A stretch of DNA of 60,046 bases, filler included, from Hausera hauseri (taxonomy: Eukaryota), in the NCBI GenBank assembly GCA_046269625.1. It is 8 parts of 8 records of this genome, joined end to end, with 100 filler letters (N's around TTAATTAATTAA, not from the genome) between each part and the next. Parts side by side here need not be neighbours in the genome. Positions count along the whole stretch, not along the records: positions 21,352 to 30,769 come from JBJURY010382146.1; positions 30,870 to 35,293 come from JBJURY010589445.1; positions 35,394 to 40,962 come from JBJURY010229073.1; 5 more parts are not named here. One strand, 5' to 3'. Shown here one piece after another: positions 24,832-37,458 of the stretch. Below the pieces are notes generated by a model. The model saw only the letters and a program-made list of their open reading frames with translations. It searched no databases and was not told where the DNA came from. Position numbers and translations under genes: made by a program. Position 1 is the first letter of the stretch. The number at the start of each line of letters is the position of its first letter.

Positions 24832-27800
24832 TTTTGGAGGAGATTCGGTCACCCCGGGTTTTCAGGTACATCGCAGTGTGACCGACTACCCGACCGTCTG
24901 TCCTATGCTAGTGGGTCCTAAGCAACGGTCCTTTGCGTCACCACATCACCCACTATGGCCCACACCAACACTCTCCTTCCTCTTTTTCCTAAATAATTAC
25001 CAACTATTCGGACACAGAACAACGTATTTTATAGACAAAACCTATATGCACAATTATGTAATACACTTCGCTAATATCTCTGACTTTTACCTCACTTACA
25101 ACAACCTACCTGTAATTAATGTCAATTTTCGCAACCTTTCTGTTCCTTCAACCCAATATATCATTATTCAAGTACACATTCTTATCCGTGGTGGCATGGA
25201 TTCTTCGCCCACAATTTACACTACTGATAAAACTAACTCTAAATCGACACCCTTCACTTTTCTCCAAAAATCCAACGACCGTCACCACACCGTCTACTTT
25301 CACCACTTATACATCTACCATCCGGCTAGCCAAACACACTTCTCAAAGCACAGAATACTTTATTTACCATGAAAAGACCAGAAAAACATGGCTTAACTTT
25401 CACAAACTTTGGCTGCAGTTTAACAACATTACTGGTTCCCCAGCCAAAGCTCATAGATTATTTTGCCTCTTATTAAACACAGTAAGGACTTATCTTCACG
25501 ATATTTAGACATTTTTCAACCATCCGACCCGTACACCAATCTCTATAATGCAGTTTTAAAACCCACGGAACCGTCTATAGATTCCACAATCCACAGATTC
25601 CTCAACAATAACGCTATGGGTACACAAAAACCACCCGATTTTCTCATAACCTCTCTCGCTCAACTGCAAACACTCGGCGTTACAAAACAAAATAATTCTG
25701 ATCTCTTACGACGATACTTTCTAAACGCATTACCGATACAGATCAGGGCCCTGCTTACTGTCGAGGAATCGACGGCGCTAGATAAGTTAGCCGAACTTGC
25801 AGACAAAACGTACGAGGTCTTATACCTGAACACATAACCTTTCATTTCTGCAACGTTTACAGAAAACAACAATACATTAAAATATCAAATACAAGAGTTG
25901 CGGGCCGAAAACGCAGCCCTGCATAATACAATAAACTACATCAACGATAGATTAAATGAAATCTCTATGACTGAACGAAAGTGTTCCGCCTAAGATCTCA
26001 CACGCTCTGTACCCAGAGGTCGATCACCTTCTCCTGCGCGATCGCTGATCTGTTTTTACTATGATAGATTTGCTCATAAAGCACATAAATATCATTTCGG
26101 GTGCCGCTTTTACACCTAAAAGCATCAAGTTAACAACGCTATTTGTATTTACCACTCAAAGTTTAAGCGTGATACGCATAAGTGTATCCTTGGTTGTACC
26201 TTTAGAAGCAACACTCAACATAAGAATGTCGGACGTTCTCTCTTACCTTCTAACAGCCGTCTAAGTTCACCACTTCCAAAAAACTAGTTCCACCGCCAGA
26301 GCTTACGGCGAGTCCTGGCGAAGGCCATTCTCCAGTTTCTACCAGCCGAAAACTTTCTTTCGCCGTATTTACAGTAAAATCAGTAACTACGTTACCAGCA
26401 ACTCGCCACATAAATTTCCTCATCGATTCAGATGCAGCGATTTCTTTACTGCCGCTCAACTTTCCAACTCAACATACATCCTCCAAATATAAATCTCTAT
26501 TTGCAGTTTCAGGACAACCGCTACATGTTTCCGGTACTTGTAGGTTTTCTTTTACCCTTCGGAAATTTACTTCAGCGTTCCACTGGACGTTTACCGTTGC
26601 AAACGTCCAGACAGCCATTTTATGTTCGGACTTTCTTTCGCACTATAATCTTCTTGTCGATTGCAAACAACGTTGCAATAAGTAGAGAATCGATCACGCC
26701 GATACCATTTTGGTTGTCGTGCAGATGAATGCAACTCGAAAACCGATATTAAAATAAACAGTTGAACAAACCTTTTCTTTTACAATCATGGTACCTTGTT
26801 TCATAAGTTGTTGAAGAACAATATTACTGACGATTAGATTTTGCACGGCGATGAGCACCATTCCGTTACCACTGCCAAATCATTAGATAAAACTACCACC
26901 TGCAATACCATTTTCAATACTACCATCCTGCATCGAATACCACTTCATTTTAGATCACCAAATAACGCCAAAATTCCGACAGTTACCGATAAAGCCATCT
27001 CGCTTCCAAAAAACTTTTCACAATTACCTAAAGTCTGCAGCAATTCATTAACGTCTCCTGTTCTAGAATAATTCAAAAAGACAAGTCTTTTACACCAGCC
27101 AATACCACTTTTCATCACATTGTAACACAACATCAAAGACCTATCCGCCAAAAAGTGAGTCCATTATCTCTTCGTCGTAGACAGGCGTTTGAAGCCGAAT
27201 TTCTAGACCTCGAACGTTCCGGCATTGTACGTTGCTCCAAATCCCCATGGTTGTAGCCATTACATGTTGTGCAAAAGAAGGGTAGAACTTTTAGACCATG
27301 TGGTGATTATCGTCAGTTGAACACTTTGACAATATTGGATCATACCCGTTACCACTCATTAAGGATATCTTACACCATCTCCACTCAACTGCCATTTATT
27401 CTACCATCGATTTATCCAAAGCCTACCATCAAATTCCTGTGGCACCTGAAGATATCGAGAAAACAGCCGTAACTACTCCTTTCGGTCTTTATGAATATCT
27501 GTACATGCCTTTAGGCCTACGGAATGCTGCACAGACTTTCCAACGCCACATCGATGCTATCCTTTCTGATTTTCCTTATGCTCACCCCTATACCGATGAC
27601 ATATTAATTGTTTCCTCTTCGACCCAACAACACGAGGAACACTTCAGATCAATTTTTCAACGTTTACACCAGCATAACCTGCAGATCGATTTCCTCAAAT
27701 GTCATTTTTTCCAGAAGCGTATAAATTTCCTTGGTCACATTATTTCTTCTAAAGGTCACTCGCCTCAGCCCAATCGAATTGAAGCCCTAAAAAGTGTGCA

Positions 27801-29455
27801 GCTACCTCGAACAACAAGAGAAATGAGGAGTTTTTTGGGCATTTTGCACTTCATTCAAAAGTATATGCCGTATTGCTCTAAACTTAGTGCACCATTTGCT
27901 CATCTCAGTGGTGGAAAAAATACCAGTCAATACTATTGACTTCCGAACTAGTAAACAAATTTGAAAAGCTAAGATAAGGTTTAAAAACAGTCGAAATATT
28001 AGATTTCCCTAAGCAGGATGCACAGCTGATCCTCACTACAGATGCCTCCACCAACGCCGTAGGCGCCGTACTTCATGAAATTTATCAAGGAGAAAACAAG
28101 CCGTTGGAGTTTTTTTGACGCAAGTTAACACCTCCTAAAGCTAAGTAATCAATGTTTGACCGAGAGCTTTTGCCATAGTTCTCGCATAAAAAGATTTCTT
28201 CCATATACTTTACTGCTAGCCACTTTACCATACAGACCGACCACAAGCCTTTACTCGACATAATGACAATGAAACACCCATCATCTTGGCAGGAATGGGA
28301 GATCTCATATTTGTCGATTTTCAATTTCGAGATCAAACACATTAACGGTGTAAATAACTTAGTTGCCGACTTTCTATCAAGGTCAGTTGGCTCAATTTGC
28401 TTTAAGCCTCTTTTCACACAAAATCAATTGCAAAAAAACAAGCACCTTCGGACATGCTTAAATATTTTCGATCTTACAATATCATTGACGGCATGGCTTT
28501 TGACAAGTCTAAACCAGGATAGTCTAAAGTAATCTTAACTCCTGCCTTGCAAACATAAGCATTCAACAGCGTAAATTCACTATATCACCCTGGTTCTAAG
28601 GCCACCTTTTGCTTGCTTTACCAACAGGTAATCTGGCCGACTATATGTTCTCATGTGCAAGCATGGGTTAAGGAATGTGCGGCCTGCCAGAAATTTAAAA
28701 CCATGAAGCATTTGAAGCCACTACTATATCATTTCCCTTGCACATCGCGTTTTGAGTCCGTACATATAGATCTTGTCGGCCCACTCCCTCCTGACAACGG
28801 TCATCAGTTCATTTTCACCACGATGGATCGTTCTTCCCGATGGCCAGAAGATGTCTCTTTGTGAAGCACTAACACGGCCACAATAGTCGACGTTTTCATA
28901 CACATTGGATCAGCAGGTTCGGACTCCCTAAATTCATTATTACGGGCCAAGGTACTCAGTTTGAGTTCAAATTGTTTAAATCCCTCGTTAACCGTTTAGG
29001 AATCAGCCGTATACACACCACACCATATCACCCCCAATCGAATGATCTTCAAGAGATTCCACGGAACACTGAAAACGTTATTGAGAATCCTCGCTGAATA
29101 CAATAACAGTTGGACTGCTCTTGTTCCATTAGTTCTACTTAATTGGAGAAACACTTCTTCCACTTCTACAGGTTGTTTACATATGGAAGCCCTATTCGGA
29201 GCACCCGTACGTTCATTATTTGAGCTTACTGACTTGGAAGATACATATACAGACGAGGCTATCCGAACGGCACAGAATCACTTTGTATCAGTCAGCAAAG
29301 ATTCATTGTGTAGAATAATGCATAATAATAAAATGTACCTACCCGATGATTTACACTGAGCAAAATTTGTCTGGCTGAGAAACCAGACGCCGTGCGGTTT
29401 TCAACCGCGGTATTTGGGGCCTTACAAACTCGTGCAATTGCACTCTAATAATGAC
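24832..29455 (+). mobile_element. Second, diverged copy of the CsRn1-like Gypsy family; decayed, 3' end missing
   Basis: Colinear with the contig-3 element: gag (RRYFLNALPIQIRALLTV), protease (FLIDSDAAISLLP), RT (RPCGDYRQLN, HPYTDDIL), RNase H (TDHKPL, NLVADFLSR), integrase (RFESVHIDLVGP). 114-bp 5' unit at 24832-24945 (TTTTGGAGG...CCACA). Confidence 0.92.
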
Positions 29456-30869
29456 ATTATTTGTTGTGCTCAACAAGGGTCATGCTCATTTGGCCCATTT
29501 TATTGACCTTTAAATACACTGTTGTTGTTTCTTATTTGACTTTGTTCTATTTGTCTTTGTAGTTACCGATGACTTGATGCACTTTTGTCGTTTTTATCCC
29601 ATCGTAACAGATTTAGCTGTGTACCGATGAGCTGCCGGTCACTTCCCTTTTGTTGCCAATAACAATTCTTTATCAGTACCCTCAACGATGTGTTCCCAAA
29701 ATAACTTTTCCTTTCCCAAATCAATGTCATTCAACTCTATGAATCCCGATAATAGCGTTATCTCATCGACAACGGATCCAATAATAACGTATTCATTGGA
29801 CCGCCGACAATTGCAACGAAAGGCCCAATCAATAAACAGAAATCCTCGGGAAGTATTAATCCGTCTAGTCCTCCAGAATTTCTCGAATTCCACTCCGCCA
29901 TAACCAACTGTGATGACGACGATAATTCTAGCTTGCATTTACAACGGTTGATTGGATTTATTGACGAAATTCTCAGCGGAGAGGAAGAATACGTTCACGA
30001 TACCCAATAGGTTTCTTTCACGTGGCCATCAGCCGATAAGTCACGTGACCTTTTGTATTTGAGTGACATAGAGAAAATTACAATGACAGTATTTTTGTGC
30101 ACTCCAACAAATATGCAATGTCTCAGTTCTATCTATGTATCATTTCAGTGACAGCTACATTTATTTGTTCAAAGCATTTTTTGCATCTACATAATTTCAT
30201 CGACTCACTTCGGACTTCTGATGCATTTCTATATAATTGTTCTATCTTTGTAAATTGATGAAAATCGTTTATTACTGTAGAATAGTGATCTTTTACCGAC
30301 TGTAAATATAAAGTATATATAAGAAGATTAATAAGAAACTGAAAAAACATTAAAAAAATAAATTGTTGTTAGAGTTCCTCTTTCTTGTTTGGATTTACCT
30401 TTTCGCGATTTGGATTTTACGCATCTACCCAAATGACGGAATTGTCGCTGGAACTACATTGGTTTCAGAAGTCTCAATTATATTTAAATCTTAAGATAAA
30501 TGCCGAAATAGTTTTATCAGATTTCCCAAGTGGCTCAAATTATTCTGTACTATGTCTTTATGAATCGTCACCCTCTTCGGATACCGGATGTTTGACTTTC
30601 ATACAACAGAATGAATCCAATGGAAGTGTGAAAGTAAAAAAATTAGTTTGGATTTCATATTCAACAATTTCTGCATTGACAATTAATCCCAACTGTGATT
30701 GACTTGATTGGAGCTTCGTGGGGGAAATGTGCTTCCTTTTGGGGCATTGATGAACCGAGTTCAGAAAAANNNNNNNNNNNNNNNNNNNNNNNNNNNNNNN
30801 NNNNNNNNNNNNNTTAATTAATTAANNNNNNNNNNNNNNNNNNNNNNNNNNNNNNNNNNNNNNNNNNNN

Positions 30870-31169
30870 TATCTGCTCAATGGAGGATATATGATTAACA
30901 CACATTCTGCTAATCTACCAGGAGAACACTGGATAGCAGTATATGTATCACCAGATCATATTCAAGTGTTTGATCCACTTGGGATATATTACCCATCATC
31001 ATTGGTGACGAAATTTTAACGCATACGGCAACCTGTAACATTCAATGACATTATGTATCAACATCTATTGACATTTCTATGTAGGAATTATTGTGTGGAC
31101 TGACTTAGACGTCAATGTATAGAAAATTATTATAAACGTTTTTGTTGTGTTAATAAATTTATGAAATAA
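30870..31169 (+). pseudogene. Adenain-like cysteine protease of a Polinton/Adintovirus (partial; not in the ORF track)
   Basis: Manual translation MINTHSANLPGEHWIAVY...QVFDPLG...KF*RI...MYQHLLTFLCRNYCVD*. Motifs NT...GEHW, FD.xG, Q and C(G>R)xYC fit the adenain His/Asp/Gln/Cys layout. Confidence 0.8.
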
Positions 31170-31285
31170 TGACTGTCTTCTTTATTGACTTGGATGGAAT
31201 CGTGGATAATAATAATGAATATATCATATAATGCCAGTGGATAATATGTTTAATCCACTACATTATGTATTTGCTTAAGTGAATT

Positions 31286-31642
31286 TTGTATGGGACATGT
31301 AATATATGCTATTTTAGACCTACAATACATGTCTTCTCGAACAAGGCACAGGCATCGAATGCCTATTTGACGCAACATCATCACGAACTGACGTGCGAAA
31401 CATATAATACCCAGTTTTGCAGAGATTGCCCCATGCGAGACATTGACAATATATCTGATATACGTGAGGCTACGTTCTGCGTCAAGCATCATGATGCTAG
31501 GCGAAAGAAGAAGATATTTAACATTACATTTCCAGAATTACGAATATGTATATATGAATGTGGCAAATTGATTGTTATACCAAAGAACATTACATGTATT
31601 TATCGTGTATATGGTTCACATTATGCTTATAAAAGTGTTTGA
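31286..31642 (+). CDS. Small Cys/His-rich accessory ORF of the Polinton-like element
   Basis: 118-aa ORF between adenain and pPolB; CxxC, HH and KKKIFNITFP motifs resemble ORF 35006..35263. Confidence 0.4.
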   Translation: MYGTCNICYFRPTIHVFSNKAQASNAYLTQHHHELTCETYNTQFCRDCPMRDIDNISDIREATFCVKHHDARRKKKIFNITFPELRICIYECGKLIVIPKNITCIYRVYGSHYAYKSV

Positions 31643-31800
31643 CGTTATGTCAAAGTTATGCTGTTATGACATAAATTTGTTATGAAAAATAGTTTTACTT
31701 GGCCTTATAACACATTACTTGATCAAGAAGACAACACGATATTTTTATAAAAGATTTATTAATACAAAAATACAACACGTCGTAACAAGTACAAAGCAAT

Positions 31801-34680
31801 TCAAAATGCAGCATTCCCGTGAGCTAGTGTGCTTATTCTATCACCCAAGATCTGCCTTTTATCATCCATCCTATCTAGGCTTTTCTTCTGTATTGTTACT
31901 GTCTCAATGTTATGAGCCCTACATTGGATCCCTCGCATCTCTGATATGATTTGAGTCTGCTCGTGCAGAACTCTCACATAGTCATCGAAGCTGATCTTCC
32001 TTGCTAAGGTCGCCTTTTGAACCACTTTACTCCGCTTCTTTACTTGGCCACATACATCAATGGCATACATTTTGGCCCTAAGAGCTACAAATTGCGAGTT
32101 GATTGCCCCATTTACCTCGTCTTTAAATTTCCCAAGAACTTTCTTGGTGATTGAATAGTTCGCATGCCCCTTAGGATAGTCAGAGGTATCCATATGCTGA
32201 GATAATTTGGCAAAGTCCTCATAAATGTCCTCCGCATGGATCTGACGGATGAAACTATCAGTATCCCTGTACATCAGCTGTATGGACTTGAATGTGGGGA
32301 CCATGATGTCGTAATGAAATTTGTACATCAGAGCCTTTGACAAATATCGTATTGACATACCAACATATATGGGCTTTCTGACCGCTTGATGGAGATTTAT
32401 ATAGTTGACTGTATAACTCTACCTACTATCCAGATGGCAAGCAGCCTTCTATGCTTTCCATGGGGCGGAGGCTTGCTCTCAAGGAGGAAAGACAGATGTT
32501 CATGCTTTGTTTGGATGCTATGTGGATATTTAACATCCACTTCCAGTATGTAGTCCGTGTTTCCACTGAGAACCAGGTCCAGTATATGGATGTGTTCGGG
32601 ATGCTCGACCCATATGAAGTCATCATATAGCAATGGGACATTTATTGTCCATCCATACAAGTGGTTGGCATTTAAATGGCTTGGATGGAGCGTACTGGGC
32701 CATATATTTTTGTTGGCCTCACTACACCGGTGAACGGCCTGGCATATTCCACCTCTAATGTCTTTCTCGATCATGAGAATTATGTCATAATCCTTTATGA
32801 TCTGCAGCCTAATACAGGTATATCTCAGCACTGCTGCCAATTAGTCCCTGGATCCGTAAAGAAATGAGATGGATCCGATGCAAGGCTCTTCATCGTAACA
32901 TCTCTGAAGCTCTTAAAGACATCCGTCAGTAGCAGCACGCCCGTTTTGAGGTATATATTTCTGTATTCTCCTAATGTCCGGCTTTGGAATGCATGCCAGA
33001 TATTTTGTGCATGCTGATCGTTCGCATCACTGATATGGCTGCCCGAAAGCTGGCTATAAACGCTATCCTTGTCCGGAAATGAGGTTTAATCCGGTATTTC
33101 CAATGATGTGATGTAATAATACGGAAACACGCTTTTTCTCTTGACGAGGTCAAATGCAGTGGGGAAGAACCTCTTCGTCTCCTTCAGTTCTTCTTCAGGG
33201 AGGTTCTTCACTACACTGTCCAGTGACGAGCTCATGAAGCGAAAACTGTCTATGAAGCGAAGTCGGACTTTGCTGACATGTTAGGTAAAAGTGACGCATT
33301 TTTATTCACTGTTTGGGATCACATCAATGTTTCCTTCAATGTTTCCCAATTCTCAGACTACGAATTGGAATTCATAGCCACTGAGATTATGGAACACTAC
33401 AGTCACATATGCACAAGTTTTTCAACGTAGATTGAAATTGTTGCAGGCTGCGCCTCGATATGTGCCTGTAAAATGACAATGATCCCTGACTTTCCAATTC
33501 TCCACTATGAAGGACTTGTCGCACAAGTAACATGCTCTTGTCTTGCGCCATTCTTCTTCCTGCTTTTTCGACATGCACATGTCGTCCTTATGCTGCTGCA
33601 ACATATTTCCAAGCCTATGAGCCATGTCTTCAAGTCGTTTCATGAAATGTTCTGTTGCATTTGAACCCATGAATAGATATAATTCACTGTCCAATCCCTT
33701 GGCATACAAAGTCGCAATAGATTACTATTGGGACCTTATTCTTCTTCTCGAATTCCTTAAATTCAATGTAGTCCTCCTTCGAAAATTCTGACCTGATACA
33801 ATAATTTGTGTTGGAGTATATATTGTGCTCTACAAGCCTGTCCACTGTTGAATCACCACCGAAATGAGACAAGCGTCGCTTACAAATTTCTATTATTCAA
33901 TAATTTGTTATTTTGGATCTTACTAGACGTTCAAAGTTCTTTATCCAGATGGAATGCTTCTTTTCACCGTCATCTAGTAGAAGCAGATCCCTATGATCTC
34001 CTAATTCAGCATCACATATTTGCAAGGGATAGAATTTGTTCTCCTCATCCAATCCATAGATATTGATGGATATGTTGTTGGGTCCCCCGACTTTTTTGAC
34101 TTCATCTATGGGTGGTGGGAACGTGATACATTCGAAGTCATAGTTGCGTTTCACATCCTTATACAACCAAACACGCTCTGCTGCGTGTTTTTGATCCAGT
34201 ACAAGTGTAAATAGAATAGTATACATTAAACACTTGGTGTCATTATTATGGACATTGATGCATACTTTTTTCTGTCGAATTCATTCAAGAAGCTGAATAT
34301 ATGAACTGCCCCACATGGGGGAATACTTGTGAACATGCACACGCAGTCACTTGGTGGCTGCCGGGGTCCAACCGCTCTTCTTATCTTTGCTCTCCTGGCA
34401 TCATGGAGCAGCTTCGTATGCTCTTCATGCAACCATTCTACAATATTGGTGGCTTCAAATACGGGTCTATTTTCGGTCTTGAAGGCCCTTTTTGATTCTT
34501 CGCCATCAACATTGATGTATGTGGTCTTCAGTTTCACATAGACCTTAAGGGCTTTGATCTCCGCTATGTTGTTCTGGAGAATCCCTATGGTTTCATCCTT
34601 TGTGCATAAGAGGAACTCATGGAGGGTTGTTTGACCAGTTGATGCATTGACATAACTGCCGACTTTACTCTCTTTAATGC
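31801..34680 (-). pseudogene. Protein-primed family B DNA polymerase (Polinton/Maverick/Adintovirus type), fragmented
   Basis: VIYCDF (ExoI); CYLC...KVRDHCHFTGTYRGAACNNFNL (Zn/EndoVII-like insert); VFHNLSGYEF (ExoII); RFIDSFRFMSSSLD; IRGGIC; HLNANHLYGW; YRDTDSF; KKVLGKFKDE; ALRAKMYA; DDKR. Confidence 0.93.
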
Positions 34681-35005
34681 TGCCGCACCAACTGGCCGCT
34701 GTTTTTGGCTTTTCGATGGAGCATCTGCTGCTGCTGCTATGCGTTTTGGCCCTGCATAGATCCTTACTGCCGCAACAGGCTATATTGCTACATCTGGTTG
34801 TGTTGCCGAAGCAGGATATGCAGCTATAACTGGCTTATGCTGCTTATTAAAGATGGTCTTCTTTGACTTTGACTAGAATTCTGTTATATGGGCAATATTA
34901 TGTTCATAAAACTGCATGTATTCTCCATCACATACAACCTCACATCATGGAAAAATATAGTACGTGACCTTGTTGAATTTGTATCCATAGTAGCTCCTCA
35001 TAATA

Positions 35006-35263
35006 TTATAACAGTTCTGAGGGTTGTGTATTGCACATGTGCAGTATAAAAGTCATTATTGGTATACTGGTATTGAATATTTGTTTTTTCGACTTGGTGA
35101 AGGAAATCAGGTGATGGTTATAGACATTGTAAAAGTCTTCATAATTAGTTTTGCACATTACCTCGCATGCAGGGCATATATAATAATCAGCCCTGCTGTA
35201 AAGATGGCTGAAATATTTCTTCATAATGTTGTGACAGTTTCCAGGCCCATGGATTTGCGCCAA
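35006..35263 (-). CDS. Small Cys/His-rich accessory ORF, probable paralog of 31286..31642
   Basis: CPAC...NHH...KKQIFNTSIPIMTFILHMC vs CRDC...KHH...KKKIFNITFPELRICIYEC. Confidence 0.4.
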   Translation of the reverse strand: MAQIHGPGNCHNIMKKYFSHLYSRADYYICPACEVMCKTNYEDFYNVYNHHLISFTKSKKQIFNTSIPIMTFILHMCNTQPSELL

Positions 35264-35787
35264 GAATTCTTTGTATAGATTGTAAGTTTAGAANNNNNNN
35301 NNNNNNNNNNNNNNNNNNNNNNNNNNNNNNNNNNNNNTTAATTAATTAANNNNNNNNNNNNNNNNNNNNNNNNNNNNNNNNNNNNNNNNNNNNGTGCAAA
35401 AATGTGCCTAGCAACGGTGCCAAACGGAACCGTTGCCTAGCACTTTATGGATCGATAGTGTTCCGGGTGCTCTATCGATCGGCACATGTGCAAATCGATT
35501 TATCGATCCAACCCCCCCGGGGGGGGTTGAGCCAGAAGCGGTATTTTCCCCCTACTCATATTTCATTTCGTAAGGGGTACTTGAAGCATTTGTATTCATT
35601 TCACAATTATCAGCGATTCTTTTGTGCGAGGAGGAATTGAAACGGATATTAAAGTTTAAATTCAATTCAAAGATAATTCAATAAACAACCAACAGAAAGT
35701 CAGGAAATTCAGAAAAGAATGAAAATAAGACTCATTTCCCGAGTGAAGGAGATAAATATTATATAAAACTTTTCTAATACATCTCTT

Positions 35788-36842
35788 ATGGATAATTCTA
35801 TTTTACAATCATCAACTGATGTTAAGGTCGTGATGGTAGAGATGCGATCTACTAACATGGCGACCAAAGCTTTAAGAGACTTCTACCAGAAGAAATTGAT
35901 GCCAAAAGAATTCCAAAAAAGTGGCAACATGAAAACTTTTATTGGAAAATGCGAGAGGTACTTCAACTTCATAAAGATTCTGGAGACAGACCGGGAAACT
36001 GCGGTTCTGTGCCTGTTGGCGGAAGAAACACAGGAAAAATACAATACGGTGAAGCAGAAGGTGAAAGGGTACCAAAACCGGTTGACAAAAGCATTTTCAA
36101 AACCCACAGCGCTGTGTGGCGATGTGCATGAGGCCTTGAACTACATAGTGAGGGGTCATATCCGAATGCCTACTTCAACAAAATCGAACAAGTGGTGAAA
36201 GGCATCCTTAGCCACAAAATAACAACGAAAGCTCTAACAGAGAAACTGCTGATCCACTGTTGCGACAATCTGGAGATGAGAAATGAAATCTACCACAATG
36301 ATGAAAAAAACGTGGAACAAATCAAAGAGAAAATACGGAAAATCCAGGAAGTGGCAACAAAGACGGAAGAGACAAACACAGTCAGAGAATTCACTAGAGA
36401 AGGTCGACGGAGTTACAAGAATGTGGCAGTGAACCAATTTGACAAACCAAGACAGGAAAGGAGGGATTTCAAACTGCCCAATATGCAGGCAAAGTGTATA
36501 ATGAAATGCTGGTCATGTCAAAAAGACGGACATACAAGCAAGACATGTAATCTCTAACATGCACCAAGATGTTTTGGTTGCGGGAAAGTAGGACACATTA
36601 ACAGGAATTGTGTGGAAAGGAAACCAGTAATATGCTATGAGTTCGATCAGCAAGGACACATAGGACGAAATGGCGTAAACATAAAATGCAACAAATGTCA
36701 CAATACAGGGCACAGGGATGAAGCATGTTACACAAATTTGAACAAGAGCAGAAGAAGACAAAATAGATATACCGAAAAGTTCAAAAGGGCGGCTTTTTAT
36801 TCATTGATTTTACAACGCAGTACCCGGATGATGAGCAAGTGA
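35788..36842 (+). pseudogene. Retrotransposon gag-like relic with four tandem CCHC zinc knuckles
   Basis: CWSCQKDGHTSKTC, CFGCGKVGHINRNC, CYEFDQQGHIGRNG (decayed) and CNKCHNTGHRDEAC. N-terminal FIGKCERYF is gag-like. Frameshift and stop present; no pol follows. Confidence 0.75.
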
Positions 36843-37458
36843 AAACAGGTATATTCAACAATAAAGGTACCACAATCTATAAACAATCTAAGAAAGATCA
36901 CAAAAATGTTTTAAGAAAGTTGTAATAAAAGTTGTAAAGGAATATTTCATACTTTAGAGCTATTCTAAATCATTAAGTGAAGCTAATGGCAGCTACTACA
37001 CTCTTTACTAAAATTCGTGTTTTATGATTTTTATTGGTATTGCAACGAATTGTATTTGGTAATATAGATATTGGTAAACAGAAATGACGTTTACAAAAAT
37101 ACAAAGATGCTCTCAGAAGTGGCAAAATCAACTAGTTTAGTTTCTAAAAAGCTTACGCTGTTGAAGCATATACCGACAAGTTCAAAAGGCGGCGTATGGA
37201 CAGAAAAGATATCGAGAGGAGATAAACTGCAGACACGCATACGTTGCAAATACTAATGAAGATGATGAACAATCCATCACCGAGTAGAAAAACCCAAAAG
37301 CAGAGCCTCAACAGAAGAGCTGCCAGTCGAGGCATTATATTAAACAACCCCAAAGACTCCCAAAATATTCAAAGGAATGAACAAGGTATTGAAAAAATGA
37401 AGGAAAGAACAGAGGAAAAGGTACGCAGGTTCATTGAAAAGGAAACGTTTGGGGATAG

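Noticed and set aside
29462-29946. 3' LTR or nested solo LTR after the second Gypsy copy
   Set aside because: Starts TGTTG and has AATAAA, but has no match to the 5' end, no CA terminus and no TSD.
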